Positions 10,181 through 20,062 of a stretch of DNA of 64,000 nucleotides are shown one piece after another (position 1 is the stretch's first letter; each line of letters begins with the position of its first letter). The notes under the pieces were generated by a model that saw only the letters and a list, made by a program, of their open reading frames with translations, did no database searches and was not told the DNA's origin. Made by a program: the position numbers and the translations under genes. This stretch comes from an uncultured Alphaproteobacteria bacterium (GTDB taxonomy: Bacteria > Pseudomonadota > Alphaproteobacteria > CAAGCB01 > CAG-977). Location: NCBI GenBank assembly GCA_944393745.1, contig CALYBD010000007.1:561-64560 (forward strand), written 5' to 3'.

Positions 10181-11068
10181 ATGACGAAAATTCAACGGTT
10201 TAATTTTGTCTGCCGCAGTATTCTGCAAATCGTCTTTTTTTATATCCTGATGTTTTGGTGGTTCTATCAGCTTGATCTGTTGGTATTGGAATTATACGTC
10301 AACACGCCTTTTATACTGTTTGCCTGTACGATCTTTTTTCTGTTTTTGTTTTTATGCCGGACAATGGGCTGTCTGGTTTTTATGCCAAAGAACAAACTAA
10401 AAGCCATTCTGCGCGACGGACAAATTTCGCCGACCGCGTCTCAAATTGTCATCAGACTGTTTTCCTGGCCTTTTATTAAACGTATTTCTTTGTTTTTCCT
10501 TTTATTTGCAGCGGAATTTATTTTTCGCCTGATTTTTATCCTGCTGTTTTTAAAAACTGTCAGTCTGACAATTCCTTTCTGGGCCTGGCTCAGCACCGTT
10601 TCAATTATACTGACGAATACACTGCTGATTGCCCTGGGCTATATTATTTTGGAACTGCCGTTTTTCCTGTTGTTCTACAAACTGTCCGTGAAAGGTCATT
10701 CCAATCGTTCATATGAATATCGTTTCGGCTTAAAGCTGGCCGTATTCGTTTTAATGCTGCTGGGATTGCGCATGGTATTGTTGTCTTTGGAAATGCGTTT
10801 TCCGTTTAACAAAGTGGAAATCGTTTCTTTCGGCGTTCTGGCTGTTTTGGGAACAGGCCTGTGGTATCTGATGTACCGTAAAAACTGGTGCGCTTGTCCG
10901 GTTTGTTCTAAATTAAAAAACGTTTTCGGAATCTTTTGCCGCTGCCGCAGAGAAAAAGAACAGGCGGAACTGCAAAAATCCTATCAGGACGCCGAAAAAG
11001 TTGCCGAAATCATTATTGAGGCCGAAGTTCGTGAAGTCCCGCCGCCGGCAAATGAAAATAAAGAGTAA
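10181..11068 (+). CDS. Hypothetical polytopic membrane protein with a Cys-rich C-terminal segment
   Basis: GAGG RBS; multiple hydrophobic segments; WCACPVC...FCRC near the C-terminus. Confidence 0.7.
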   Translation: MTKIQRFNFVCRSILQIVFFYILMFWWFYQLDLLVLELYVNTPFILFACTIFFLFLFLCRTMGCLVFMPKNKLKAILRDGQISPTASQIVIRLFSWPFIKRISLFFLLFAAEFIFRLIFILLFLKTVSLTIPFWAWLSTVSIILTNTLLIALGYIILELPFFLLFYKLSVKGHSNRSYEYRFGLKLAVFVLMLLGLRMVLLSLEMRFPFNKVEIVSFGVLAVLGTGLWYLMYRKNWCACPVCSKLKNVFGIFCRCRREKEQAELQKSYQDAEKVAEIIIEAEVREVPPPANENKE

Positions 11069-11070
11069 TC

Positions 11071-11100
11071 ATGAAAAAACGGCTTTAACAGCCGTTTTTT
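11071..11100. terminator. Bidirectional terminator
   Basis: AAAAAACGGCT-ttaac-AGCCGTTTTTT. Confidence 0.8.
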
Positions 11101-11675
11101 TACCCTCTTATTTTTTTTAACGCCCAGGCTATATTTCTGCCCAGACAGCGCATTGTCCGCAGGGCTTCTTCATCTTGCATGACTTCTTCCGATTCACGGC
11201 CGTACCCGATATTCCAGTAACTGGATCCGACAATGATCATTTCCCGCAGCAAGAAAAAATCGTTTAACGTATGAAACGCGTGCATGGCTCCGCCGCGTCT
11301 GGCCGCAATGATGCCGGCGCCGATCTTGCGGCGAAAAGAATCCGCATTTGCTCCGGAAACCATTCCCGCCCGGTCAATCAGCATTTTGATCTGTCCCGTT
11401 ACATCGCCGAAATGAACCGAAGAGGCCAAAATAATGCCGTCTGCTTCTATCATTTTATCCACGCATTCATTAATGATATCGTCTTTAATCACGCAGCGTC
11501 TGTCCCGGTTGCGGTGACAATCGCCGCAGGCCGTGCATGGTCGGATCAGATGACCGCCCAATTGTACCATTTCGACATCAATTTCTTCTTCGGCCAATTC
11601 CCGAAAAACAGTCCAGATCAAAGACGCCGTATTGCCGTTTTTACGCGGGCTGCCGTTAAAAGCAACGACTTTCAT
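11100..11675 (-). CDS. Iron-sulfur flavoprotein / flavodoxin-like NADPH-dependent FMN reductase family
   Basis: GSPRKNGNT, CTACGDC-x7-C cluster motif, ARRGG, GSSYWNIGYG. Confidence 0.9.
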   Translation of the reverse strand: MKVVAFNGSPRKNGNTASLIWTVFRELAEEEIDVEMVQLGGHLIRPCTACGDCHRNRDRRCVIKDDIINECVDKMIEADGIILASSVHFGDVTGQIKMLIDRAGMVSGANADSFRRKIGAGIIAARRGGAMHAFHTLNDFFLLREMIIVGSSYWNIGYGRESEEVMQDEEALRTMRCLGRNIAWALKKIRG

Positions 11676-11836
11676 GATTTTGCTCCTTAAAAATTACATT
11701 TCAATTTAACAAAAACGACCGTGAAAAAAAACCGTACAAAAAATCAAAAGTCCGCAAAAAAAAAGGTGTAAATATCATGACAATAAGGATATAAAGAAAA
11801 ACGTAATTTAATTTTCTTATTGGAGTAAGCATTAAA

Positions 11837-12541
11837 ATGACTTGTTCTTATATGTGTTCGCACGAAGTGCAGGAGATGTGCCCCGTTACCAAAGGTGCAC
11901 GTCATGATCCGGCCCCTATTCCCGAAGAAGGAAAATGGGTCAAATCAAAAGAAATCAAGGACGTTTCCGGTTTAACCCACGGTGTCGGCGCCTGTGCCCC
12001 GCAACAAGGGACGTGCAAACTGACCTTAAACGTCAAAGAAGGTGTTATCCGCGAAGCTTTGGTTGAAACGATCGGCTGTTCCGGCATGACGCATTCTGCG
12101 GCGATGGCGGCCGAAGTCCTGCCCGGCAAAACAATTTTGGAAGCATTGAACACAGACTTGGTCTGCGATGCAATCAATGTTGCCATGCGCGAACTGTTTT
12201 TGCAGATCGTTTATGGCCGCACGCAGTCTGCTTTTTCCGATGACGGTCTGCCTGTCGGCGCCGGATTGGAAGATTTGGGCAAAGGTCTGCGCTCTCAGGT
12301 CGGGACGATGTATTCAACAGAACCCAAAGGCGTACGTTATTTGGAAATGGCCGAAGGTTATGTTTTGGCCGAAGGTCTGGACGACAACGGAGAAGTCATC
12401 GGCTATAAAACCGTTAACCTGGGCAAAATGATGGAAGCCATTAAAAAAGGCGTTGATCCGAAAGAAGCGTTCGAAAAGAACGTCGCGACCAAAGGCCGCT
12501 TCGACGAAGCCGTTAAAGTCATTGATCCGCGCAAAGAATAA
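11837..12541 (+). CDS. IscU/NifU-N-like scaffold protein (GGGtGRT-associated type)
   Basis: HGVGACAPQQG, TIGCSGMTHSAA, LNTDLVCDA; GGAG RBS. Confidence 0.85.
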   Translation: MTCSYMCSHEVQEMCPVTKGARHDPAPIPEEGKWVKSKEIKDVSGLTHGVGACAPQQGTCKLTLNVKEGVIREALVETIGCSGMTHSAAMAAEVLPGKTILEALNTDLVCDAINVAMRELFLQIVYGRTQSAFSDDGLPVGAGLEDLGKGLRSQVGTMYSTEPKGVRYLEMAEGYVLAEGLDDNGEVIGYKTVNLGKMMEAIKKGVDPKEAFEKNVATKGRFDEAVKVIDPRKE

Positions 12542-12552
12542 GGAGTTTGAAA

Positions 12553-13548
12553 ATGAGTCTTTTTGAAGGATATGAACGCCGCATTGCGCAGATTGAAAAA
12601 TGCTGCAAAGAATACGGTATTGCCAATATTGAAGAAGCCGACAAAATCTGCAAAGACAAGGGCATTGACGTTGCCGCCATTGTCAAAGGCATTCAGCCGA
12701 TTTGTTTTGAAAACGCTTGCTGGGCTTATACACTGGGCGCGGCAATCGCCATTAAATCCGGCGCGAAAAACGCAGCCGATGCGGCCGAAAAAATCGGTGT
12801 CGGTTTACAGGCTTTCTGCATTCCGGGATCTGTTGCCGATCAGCGTAAAGTCGGTCTGGGGCACGGTAACTTGGCGGCCATGTTACTGCGCGAAGAAACA
12901 AAGTGCTTTTGCTTTTTGGCCGGTCACGAATCTTTTGCCGCGGCCGAAGGCGCAATCGGTATCGCTTTGACGGCGAACAAAGTCCGTAAAGAACCTTTGC
13001 GCGTTATCTTGAACGGTTTGGGTAAAGACGCCGCTTATATCATTTCGCGCATCAACGGCTTTACTTCCGTTGAAACGGAATACGACTATAAAACGGGCGA
13101 ACTGAAAATCGTTTCCGAAAAGCCGTTTTCCAAAGGCGATCGCGCCAAAGTGAAATGCTATGGCGTCGATGACGTTTCCGAAGGCGTTGCCGTTATGATC
13201 AAAGAAGGCGTTGACGTTTCCATTACGGGGAACTCGACCAACCCGACCCGTTTCCAGCACCCTGTTGCCGGCACATACAAAAAATGGGCCATTGAAAACG
13301 GCAAGAAATACTTCTCGGTGGCTTCCGGTGGCGGTACGGGACGTACTTTACACCCCGATAACGTTGCAGCCGGTCCGGCTTCTTACGGCATGACGGACAC
13401 GATGGGACGTATGCACGGAGATGCGCAGTTTGCAGGATCTTCTTCCGTTCCGGCTCACGTTGAAATGATGGGCTTGATCGGTATGGGGAACAACCCGATG
13501 GTCGGCGCTTCCGTTGCGGTCGCCGTTGCTGTTTCTCAGGCGATGTAA
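12553..13548 (+). CDS. GGGtGRT family protein (function unknown)
   Basis: Contains SVASGGGTGRTLHPDN; AGHESFAAAEGAIG; AGGAG RBS before ATG 12553. Confidence 0.92.
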   Translation: MSLFEGYERRIAQIEKCCKEYGIANIEEADKICKDKGIDVAAIVKGIQPICFENACWAYTLGAAIAIKSGAKNAADAAEKIGVGLQAFCIPGSVADQRKVGLGHGNLAAMLLREETKCFCFLAGHESFAAAEGAIGIALTANKVRKEPLRVILNGLGKDAAYIISRINGFTSVETEYDYKTGELKIVSEKPFSKGDRAKVKCYGVDDVSEGVAVMIKEGVDVSITGNSTNPTRFQHPVAGTYKKWAIENGKKYFSVASGGGTGRTLHPDNVAAGPASYGMTDTMGRMHGDAQFAGSSSVPAHVEMMGLIGMGNNPMVGASVAVAVAVSQAM

Positions 13549-13566
13549 AAACTTAAACTTCATCAG

Positions 13567-13598
13567 AAAACCCCCGTAGTTTACGGGGGTTTTTATTT
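13567..13598. terminator. Intrinsic terminator
   Basis: AAAACCCCCGTA-gtt-TACGGGGGTTTTT. Confidence 0.9.
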
Positions 13599-14051
13599 AT
13601 TCACTTAACCAAACTTCAAAAGGAGTTTCCCGTTTTTTTCCACAAAAATTTTTCCATTTCGTTTTGGCGTATTCACGGGTTTGATCCGACGGTTCCTTTA
13701 GCGTCCAACCTTTTTTTGATAAAGAACGGGCAATGTAAAAATTACCCCAATAAGCCAACCAAGTGCCCACCACAGCATAAGCTGAACTCGGCGGCTTTAT
13801 ATTGAAATACAAGTAAACCGTATCCAATAAAAACAACAGAAAAAAACATAAAAAGAAGTCTTTTATAAAGCCTTGAAATAAAAAAGCGAAAATTCCAAAA
13901 AATAAAAAATCAAATCCCCATCCGATTTTGACTTTTTTCTTTTTTTTGCCTCAGGATCGATAAAAATAAGATATTTTTCAATATTTTCCTTTTTTTCTTT
14001 TCTGCCGGTATATTCGATCACATCATTATTTTGAAAATCTGCAGAAGGCAT
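13597..14051 (-). pseudogene. DUF2628-like membrane protein split by a -1 frameshift
   Basis: Two track ORFs join via -1 at an A8 run / A-AAA-AAG: ...LIFIDPEAKKRKK|VKIGWGFDFLFFGIFAFLFQGFIKDFFL...NFYIARSLSKKGWT... Confidence 0.6.
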
Positions 14052-14092
14052 TATAAATTCCTTTTATTATTCTTTTTAACACTTTTATAAAA

Positions 14093-14126
14093 AAACAATG
14101 CCGTTTTAACATATAAACGGCATTGA
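14093..14126. terminator. Hairpin terminator downstream of the DUF465 gene
   Basis: CAATGCCGTTT-taacatat-AAACGGCATTG. Confidence 0.7.
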
Positions 14127-14145
14127 AATTCATTCAAAAACAAAA

Positions 14146-14322
14146 TTACGAATCCGATTCGGATACAGCTTCAATCTCTTCTTTAATTTTCAGTTTTTGA
14201 CGTTTCAGATTGGAAAGGATCATTTCGTCAGGCAACGGACGAGCCATTTCTTGTGCGATTTCTTCGTCCAAAGCAGCATGTTTTGCTTTTAACGCCTGCA
14301 AATGAGCTGATTCTTCCTTCAT
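14146..14322 (-). CDS. DUF465/YdcH family small protein (58 aa)
   Basis: Not in the ORF track. GGAGG RBS; MKEESAHLQALKAKHAALDEEIAQEMARPLPDEMILSNLKRQKLKIKEEI... Confidence 0.85.
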   Translation of the reverse strand: MKEESAHLQALKAKHAALDEEIAQEMARPLPDEMILSNLKRQKLKIKEEIEAVSESDS

Positions 14323-14452
14323 GCAATACCTCCACAGAATAGAATTTTATAAGCACTGTATTTAGTATATCTCTTTTCAAAACCGTTTGAAAGAAAAATA
14401 AAAATCGGGGAAGAAGCAATCCCCTTCCCCGACAAAAAGAAACACGGTATTT

Positions 14453-15541
14453 TTATTCGCCGATATACATTCCCAGACCGCGAGCCGTTTTAACGACCAT
14501 GCCGTTCGGATCGACTTTTGCCGTTCCGATGGCAGCCACTTCGTCCAAGCCGACGTCTGTAATCGTTCCGCTTTTCCATACAACCATGCGATCCGTTTTA
14601 CCCTGCGCCAAAACATCAACGGCATGAACGCCGAAGCAAGACGCCGCCAAACGGTCATGAGCCGCCGGAACACCGCCGCGCTGAACATGGCCTAAAACAG
14701 TAACACGCGTAGAAAAGCGCGGATCGATTTCATTCAATCGGGCACTTAAGTACTGACCGATACCGCCGTAACGAACACCGTCAACCTGCGCGACAGAGAT
14801 ATTTTGGCCTTCGGGCGTTTTCACCCCTTCGGCAACGACGACCAACGCATGATCACGTCCCTGTTCACGTACCAGATGCAGCTTGCGGACAACACCTTCC
14901 AATGTATACGGGACTTCGGGGATCAGGCAAACATCGGCACCGCCCGCAATCGCCGAATGCAATGCGACATGGCCGGCATCACGCCCCATAACCTCGCAAA
15001 TCATCACCCGATGGTGAGAAGAAGCCGTCGAATCCAAGCGATCCAAAGCCTCGACGCAAACATCGCGTGCCGTTGAAAAACCGACAGAATGTTCGGTAAT
15101 CGGTGTATCGTTATCAATCGTTTTGGGAATGCCGACCATTGTAACGCCGGCACCGCGGCACAAACGGGATACAATTGCCATAGACCCGTCGCCGCCGATC
15201 ACGGCCAAAGCGTCCAATCCCAATTCGCGGCACCCTGCCCCGAAATCTTCGGTCAGGTCTTTGGTTGTGCCGTCCGGCATCGGGTGAGCAAAGGGGCTGC
15301 CTTTATTAATCGTTCCCAGCATTGTCCCGCCCAGACGAGCATACGGCGCATGGAAATCGGCAATTGACATTTTACGATAACGCAGCGGACGAAACGTTAA
15401 TCCGTCCGTCCCGTCCAGAATTCCGTAAACTTCCCACCCGTACGTCCAGATTGCACGATGAACAACGGCGCGAATGACGGCGTTCAGGCCGGCACAGTCG
15501 CCGCCGCTGGTTAAAACACCAATTCTTTTGATTTGCGGCAT
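14453..15541 (-). CDS. pfkA: 6-phosphofructokinase, probably ATP-dependent
   Basis: LTSGGDCAGLN, IGGDGS (Gly at the ATP/PPi discriminating site), IPKTIDND, EVMGRDAG, LGHVQRGG. Confidence 0.93.
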   Translation of the reverse strand: MPQIKRIGVLTSGGDCAGLNAVIRAVVHRAIWTYGWEVYGILDGTDGLTFRPLRYRKMSIADFHAPYARLGGTMLGTINKGSPFAHPMPDGTTKDLTEDFGAGCRELGLDALAVIGGDGSMAIVSRLCRGAGVTMVGIPKTIDNDTPITEHSVGFSTARDVCVEALDRLDSTASSHHRVMICEVMGRDAGHVALHSAIAGGADVCLIPEVPYTLEGVVRKLHLVREQGRDHALVVVAEGVKTPEGQNISVAQVDGVRYGGIGQYLSARLNEIDPRFSTRVTVLGHVQRGGVPAAHDRLAASCFGVHAVDVLAQGKTDRMVVWKSGTITDVGLDEVAAIGTAKVDPNGMVVKTARGLGMYIGE

Positions 15542-15667
15542 TTCTAAAACTCCTAAAAATGAACCCTGTGATTCTTTTTCACTGAAATCAATACCTTTTT
15601 TCTTGGTTTTCTGCTAGTCTAAAATTATCGTTTTAAAGATTTTTTTATTAACAAGCCTCATAACGCT

Positions 15668-15874
15668 ATGGAATCCCTTACTCAAGACCAAATCAAACAA
15701 TTGCTGATTACGTTAAAAACCGAACATGACGATCTGGATTTTTTGATCGGAAATGTTATCGAACAGCCGGGAATCGATCAGATTCGCATTCAACGACTGA
15801 AAAAACGCAAATTGGCACTGAAAGATGAAATCGCGCGTTTGGAAAATATGCTGCTGCCTGACATTATTGCTTAA
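15668..15874 (+). CDS. DUF465/YdcH family small protein
   Basis: EHDDLD...IQRLKKRKLALKDEI...L.PDIIA. Confidence 0.88.
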   Translation: MESLTQDQIKQLLITLKTEHDDLDFLIGNVIEQPGIDQIRIQRLKKRKLALKDEIARLENMLLPDIIA

Positions 15875-15887
15875 ATAAAGGAAAAAC

Positions 15888-16793
15888 ATGACTTTACGAT
15901 TCGGAATCGATTTAGGCGGAACAAAAACGGAAATTGCCGTTCTCAGACAAAATAATTCCGAAATAATTTACAAACAGCGAATACCGACACCGCGAACGTA
16001 TGACGGCATAATCCGCAATATTTGTTCTTTGATTGCTGCTACCGAAAAAAAATTAAATGAATCGGGATCCGTCGGCATCGGACTGCCGGGGGCTTTGTCT
16101 CCGGCCAGCGGACTGATTAAAAACGCCAATCTTACCTGTTTGAACGGTAAACCGTTCGACAAAGATTTGAATACTGCTTTGGGACGTCCGATTCGTCTGG
16201 CCAATGATGCCGACTGTCTGGCTTTATCCGAAGCAACGGACGGCGCCGGCACGGGATACGGTATTGTTTGGGGCGTTATTTTGGGAACCGGCATCGGATC
16301 CGGCATTGTCGTCAACGGACGTCTGATGCAGGGGGCAAACGCTATTTGCGGAGAATGGGGACATAATCCGCAACCGGGACTGAAACCGTCGGAAATAAAA
16401 CGACTGCCCTGTTACTGCGGGCGCAACGGGTGCATAGAAACCGTATTATCGGGACCGGCTTTGGCCAAAGAATATTTCCGCATCACCGGTAAAGAAAAAA
16501 CAACGCCGGAAATTATCAAAGCAATGACCGACGGTGAAAAAGATGCGGAAAAAGTATTTCGGATCTATGAAGATCGCCTTGCAAAAGCAACCGCAGCCGT
16601 CATCAATATCATTGATCCGCACGTTATCGTTTTGGGCGGCGGCCTGTCAAACGTCGATCGGCTTTACACGACCATTCCCCGTTTATGGCCGAAATACGTC
16701 TTTTCGGATACGGTATTAACAAAAATAAAAAAGGCCGCTTACGGAGATTCCAGCGGTGTCAGAGGTGCCGCCTGGCTGTGGAACAACGGATAA
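15888..16793 (+). CDS. mak: ROK family sugar kinase (fructokinase Mak-like)
   Basis: GIDLGGTK, NDADCLALSEA, GEWGH, CYCGRNGCIE, IVLGGGLSN, GDSSGVRGAAWLW. Confidence 0.88.
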   Translation: MTLRFGIDLGGTKTEIAVLRQNNSEIIYKQRIPTPRTYDGIIRNICSLIAATEKKLNESGSVGIGLPGALSPASGLIKNANLTCLNGKPFDKDLNTALGRPIRLANDADCLALSEATDGAGTGYGIVWGVILGTGIGSGIVVNGRLMQGANAICGEWGHNPQPGLKPSEIKRLPCYCGRNGCIETVLSGPALAKEYFRITGKEKTTPEIIKAMTDGEKDAEKVFRIYEDRLAKATAAVINIIDPHVIVLGGGLSNVDRLYTTIPRLWPKYVFSDTVLTKIKKAAYGDSSGVRGAAWLWNNG

Positions 16794-16798
16794 TACCG

Positions 16799-18583
16799 TT
16801 ACTGATTTTCTTCATGCCTTTTTGCTTTAAACTGCGCTTCATACAAACCGGCGTACTCGCCGTTTAAAGCCAGCAGTTCTTCATGCGTTCCCTGTTCGAC
16901 AATCCGTCCGTGATTAACCACGACGATCATATCCGCATTCTGCACTGTTGACAAACGATGCGCGATCACCAAAACCGTTCGATCCATCATCAGATTATCA
17001 ATGGCTTTTTGAACAATCGCTTCGGATTTGTTATCCAAAGCGGAGGTTGCTTCGTCCAAGATAACAATCGGTGCGTTTTTTAAAAAAGCCCGGGCAATGG
17101 CAACGCGTTGTTTTTGCCCGCCCGACAATAAAATACCGCGTTCGCCGATATCTGTCATCAACCCCTTGTCCAATCCGGAAATAAATTCGTCCAGACAGGC
17201 ATTCTGAACGGCCTGTTGCAGCTGATCCTGCGTATAATCCGTCATGCCCAACGTAATATTGTCCAAAATTGTTCCCGAAAATAAAAAATTATCCTGAAAG
17301 ACAACAGCGATATTATCACGCAAAGAATGCAGATCAATTTGTCTGATATCATGTCCGTCTATTAAAATCGATCCGGCGTCAATATCGTAAAAACGCGGCA
17401 ACAGATTGACAAAAGTCGTTTTTCCGCCGCCGGAATTGCCGACAAAAGCAACCATTTGCCCGACGTTTATTTTTAAGTTTATTTCTTTTAAAACAGGTTT
17501 TCCGGGTAAATAAGAAAAAGAAACGTTTTTATATTCAATCCCTTGATGCACGCCGTTTAACATAACGGGATTTTCCGGATTATGTATTTTCGGCTGTTCG
17601 TTTAAAATATCAAAAACACGATCCATTGCCAAAAAAGACATCTGCACCGCCGTATAATTCGTACCCAATCCTTTAATCGGCGTATACAGCATCAGCAAAG
17701 CCGCAACGAATGAAACAAAATTACCGCTTGAAATCTGTCCGTGCACGATTAAATAGCTGCCCAGCCAGATCACGCCGGCAATTCCCAATGAAACAATAAA
17801 GTGAATCAAAGGAGACAGCAACCCTGTTTTCTGCACCATTTTCATACTGATTTTAAAAATGGCGCGCAGATTTTCCTGAAATTTTTTTGTTTGATAATCA
17901 TGCAGGTTATACGAAGCGATGACTCTGTTTCCGCCGAAAGTTTCTATATAATGCGTTGCGATCAGCCCGCCGGCCGAAACCTGACGTGACATCAGCTGTT
18001 TGATTTTTTTACGCACGCGCGTCAACGGCAGCAGCGCTCCAAACAAAAAGAACAATGCAACAATCGCCAGCTGCCATGAGTTATAAATCAGAACGCCGAT
18101 CAAAGAAATCGATGAAAACACGCGCGTCGTAAACAGCTTTAAGTTTGCCAGCAATCCGCTGCACGCCATATCCGCATCATTATTGAAACGCATCTGGATC
18201 AGGCCGGAAGACGATCTGTCGAAAAAAGCCGTATCTTCCTGCATTAATTTTTTATACATATCCGTCTTCAGATCGTTTGTAATTTTCTGTCCGACCCAGG
18301 TATTCAGATAAACGGCCGAATAATTGCACAAGCTTTGAAACGCGCTGGCAATAACGATCAATAACGGCATAAAGGAAACGGCCTGAACGTTCTTTTCAAC
18401 CAGAACAACATCCATGTAAGGCTTTAAAATCCACGCGGTCAACGCGTCAAAAGACCCGATGGGAATGGTAATTAAAACGGCCATCAGTGCCCTGCCCCAA
18501 TAAGGACGGACATAAGGGTAAATTTTCAAATAATTCTTAACAATCGTTAAGGATAAAAACTTACTTTTTACTTTCCGAAACAT
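16799..18583 (-). CDS. msbA: MsbA-like ABC exporter (TM + ATPase)
   Basis: GNSGGGKT, LSGGQKQR, ILDEATSALD; 6-TM N-terminal domain. Confidence 0.8.
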   Translation of the reverse strand: MFRKVKSKFLSLTIVKNYLKIYPYVRPYWGRALMAVLITIPIGSFDALTAWILKPYMDVVLVEKNVQAVSFMPLLIVIASAFQSLCNYSAVYLNTWVGQKITNDLKTDMYKKLMQEDTAFFDRSSSGLIQMRFNNDADMACSGLLANLKLFTTRVFSSISLIGVLIYNSWQLAIVALFFLFGALLPLTRVRKKIKQLMSRQVSAGGLIATHYIETFGGNRVIASYNLHDYQTKKFQENLRAIFKISMKMVQKTGLLSPLIHFIVSLGIAGVIWLGSYLIVHGQISSGNFVSFVAALLMLYTPIKGLGTNYTAVQMSFLAMDRVFDILNEQPKIHNPENPVMLNGVHQGIEYKNVSFSYLPGKPVLKEINLKINVGQMVAFVGNSGGGKTTFVNLLPRFYDIDAGSILIDGHDIRQIDLHSLRDNIAVVFQDNFLFSGTILDNITLGMTDYTQDQLQQAVQNACLDEFISGLDKGLMTDIGERGILLSGGQKQRVAIARAFLKNAPIVILDEATSALDNKSEAIVQKAIDNLMMDRTVLVIAHRLSTVQNADMIVVVNHGRIVEQGTHEELLALNGEYAGLYEAQFKAKRHEENQ

Positions 18584-18664
18584 ACCCGATTTACCGATGT
18601 TGACCTATCAGACGGCAGGCACTATACGATATCCGGTCATTGCTTGCAAACACAAATAACGACA

Positions 18665-20062
18665 CTAGCCTTTTTTATCCCCGGCAAAACGCAAAAGCAC
18701 GTGATTGATCAAAATATTCAGTATTGTTCCGACAACAACGGCCAAAACAATGCTGTTTGACAGCAGCAACCGAACAAACATCGGCAAACTTTCGATAAAG
18801 TAAGCATGTTCCGGCGCATTAAAATACATCGGTGTCCCCAAAGCAAACAACAGCGTCAGGCCGATTACCATTTTATTTCCGTCGGTCTGCGGCACCGTAT
18901 GCAGCAGTTCCAGCCCGGCAATCGTAATGGAACAACACACCAACACGAAAACACCACCCTGCACCGCCTGAGGTATTATCGCCAGCAATGCGGCAAATTT
19001 CGGACACAAGCCGTATAAAATAATAAAACAGGCGCCGATTTGTATCACAAAACGGCTGGCAATGCGCGTATTGGCAATCAGTCCCGAATTCTGGCTGTAG
19101 CTGGTAACACTGACAGATCCGAGCAAAGGTGCAATCATATTACAGATACCGATTGTCCTGACGCCTTTATTCATATGGGAAACCCGGTACGGTATGCCGC
19201 AAACGGCTGATGTTGCCGCAAAGTCACCCAGCATTTCGACAACGGATCCCAAAATAGCAACCAGCAGCCCCAATATTGCCCCGTGAACAAAAGTCCAACC
19301 TTCAAACGGGTGGCCGAACGGAAAAAACTCCGGCAAAGCGAACCAGGGACGGACAGCGACTTCATGCCAGTTCATTTCCCTGACAAACGGCGCAATGCCC
19401 AAACCGACAATTAAAATAGAAAATAAAATTGCGCCGCGGGACAATACCCCCCTTAAGACATTGGCCAGTAAAAACCGGAAAATGCAGGTCACCAAAATAA
19501 CGGCTGCCCCTAAAAATAAATTAATCGTATCGGCTCCTTCAACAACCCAGCTGACCCCCATTGTTCCCAGATTCAGACCGATACAGGTAATCACCAATCC
19601 GGCAACCGTCATCGGAAACAGCACCCGAATATACTTCAGCAAACCCAAAGCGCCGACCAAAAATTCTATAAATCCGCAAAAAAAGATCGCCCCCCAAATT
19701 GCCGAAGCCGGGAAAAGCGTTGTCATGGATATAATCGTTGCGCCCGTTGTACTGCAAGGGCCCTGAATAACCGGCAGACGGTTACCGAACGTTGATTGCA
19801 GCAAAGTGCTGATCCCCATAACAAACAATGTTGCGCTGATCATTGCAATACTTTGTTCGGCGGACAGCTGCAGCGCGGCAGCAACGGCAATCGGCAGAAC
19901 CAAAGGCGTTCCCATATCTATCAATGTATGCTGCCAGCCGTACAACAGAGATTCCCACAATTTATCCGGACGTTCGTCTACTTTGTAGATCGGTTCGATC
20001 AAATGCGGCACCTCGTTCCATACCAGCTCATCACGGCATTCGGCCTTTGTTTTGTCAGCCAT
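18665..20062 (-). CDS. NCS2 nucleobase:cation symporter (uracil/xanthine permease family)
   Basis: YGWQHTL, SYSQNSGLIANTRIASR signature. Confidence 0.9.
   Translation of the reverse strand: MADKTKAECRDELVWNEVPHLIEPIYKVDERPDKLWESLLYGWQHTLIDMGTPLVLPIAVAAALQLSAEQSIAMISATLFVMGISTLLQSTFGNRLPVIQGPCSTTGATIISMTTLFPASAIWGAIFFCGFIEFLVGALGLLKYIRVLFPMTVAGLVITCIGLNLGTMGVSWVVEGADTINLFLGAAVILVTCIFRFLLANVLRGVLSRGAILFSILIVGLGIAPFVREMNWHEVAVRPWFALPEFFPFGHPFEGWTFVHGAILGLLVAILGSVVEMLGDFAATSAVCGIPYRVSHMNKGVRTIGICNMIAPLLGSVSVTSYSQNSGLIANTRIASRFVIQIGACFIILYGLCPKFAALLAIIPQAVQGGVFVLVCCSITIAGLELLHTVPQTDGNKMVIGLTLLFALGTPMYFNAPEHAYFIESLPMFVRLLLSNSIVLAVVVGTILNILINHVLLRFAGDKKG

Noticed and set aside
11791-11820. Imperfect inverted repeat ATAAAGAAAA-N11-TTTTCTTAT upstream of the IscU-like gene
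   Set aside because: Almost all A/T; cannot be distinguished from background without comparative data.
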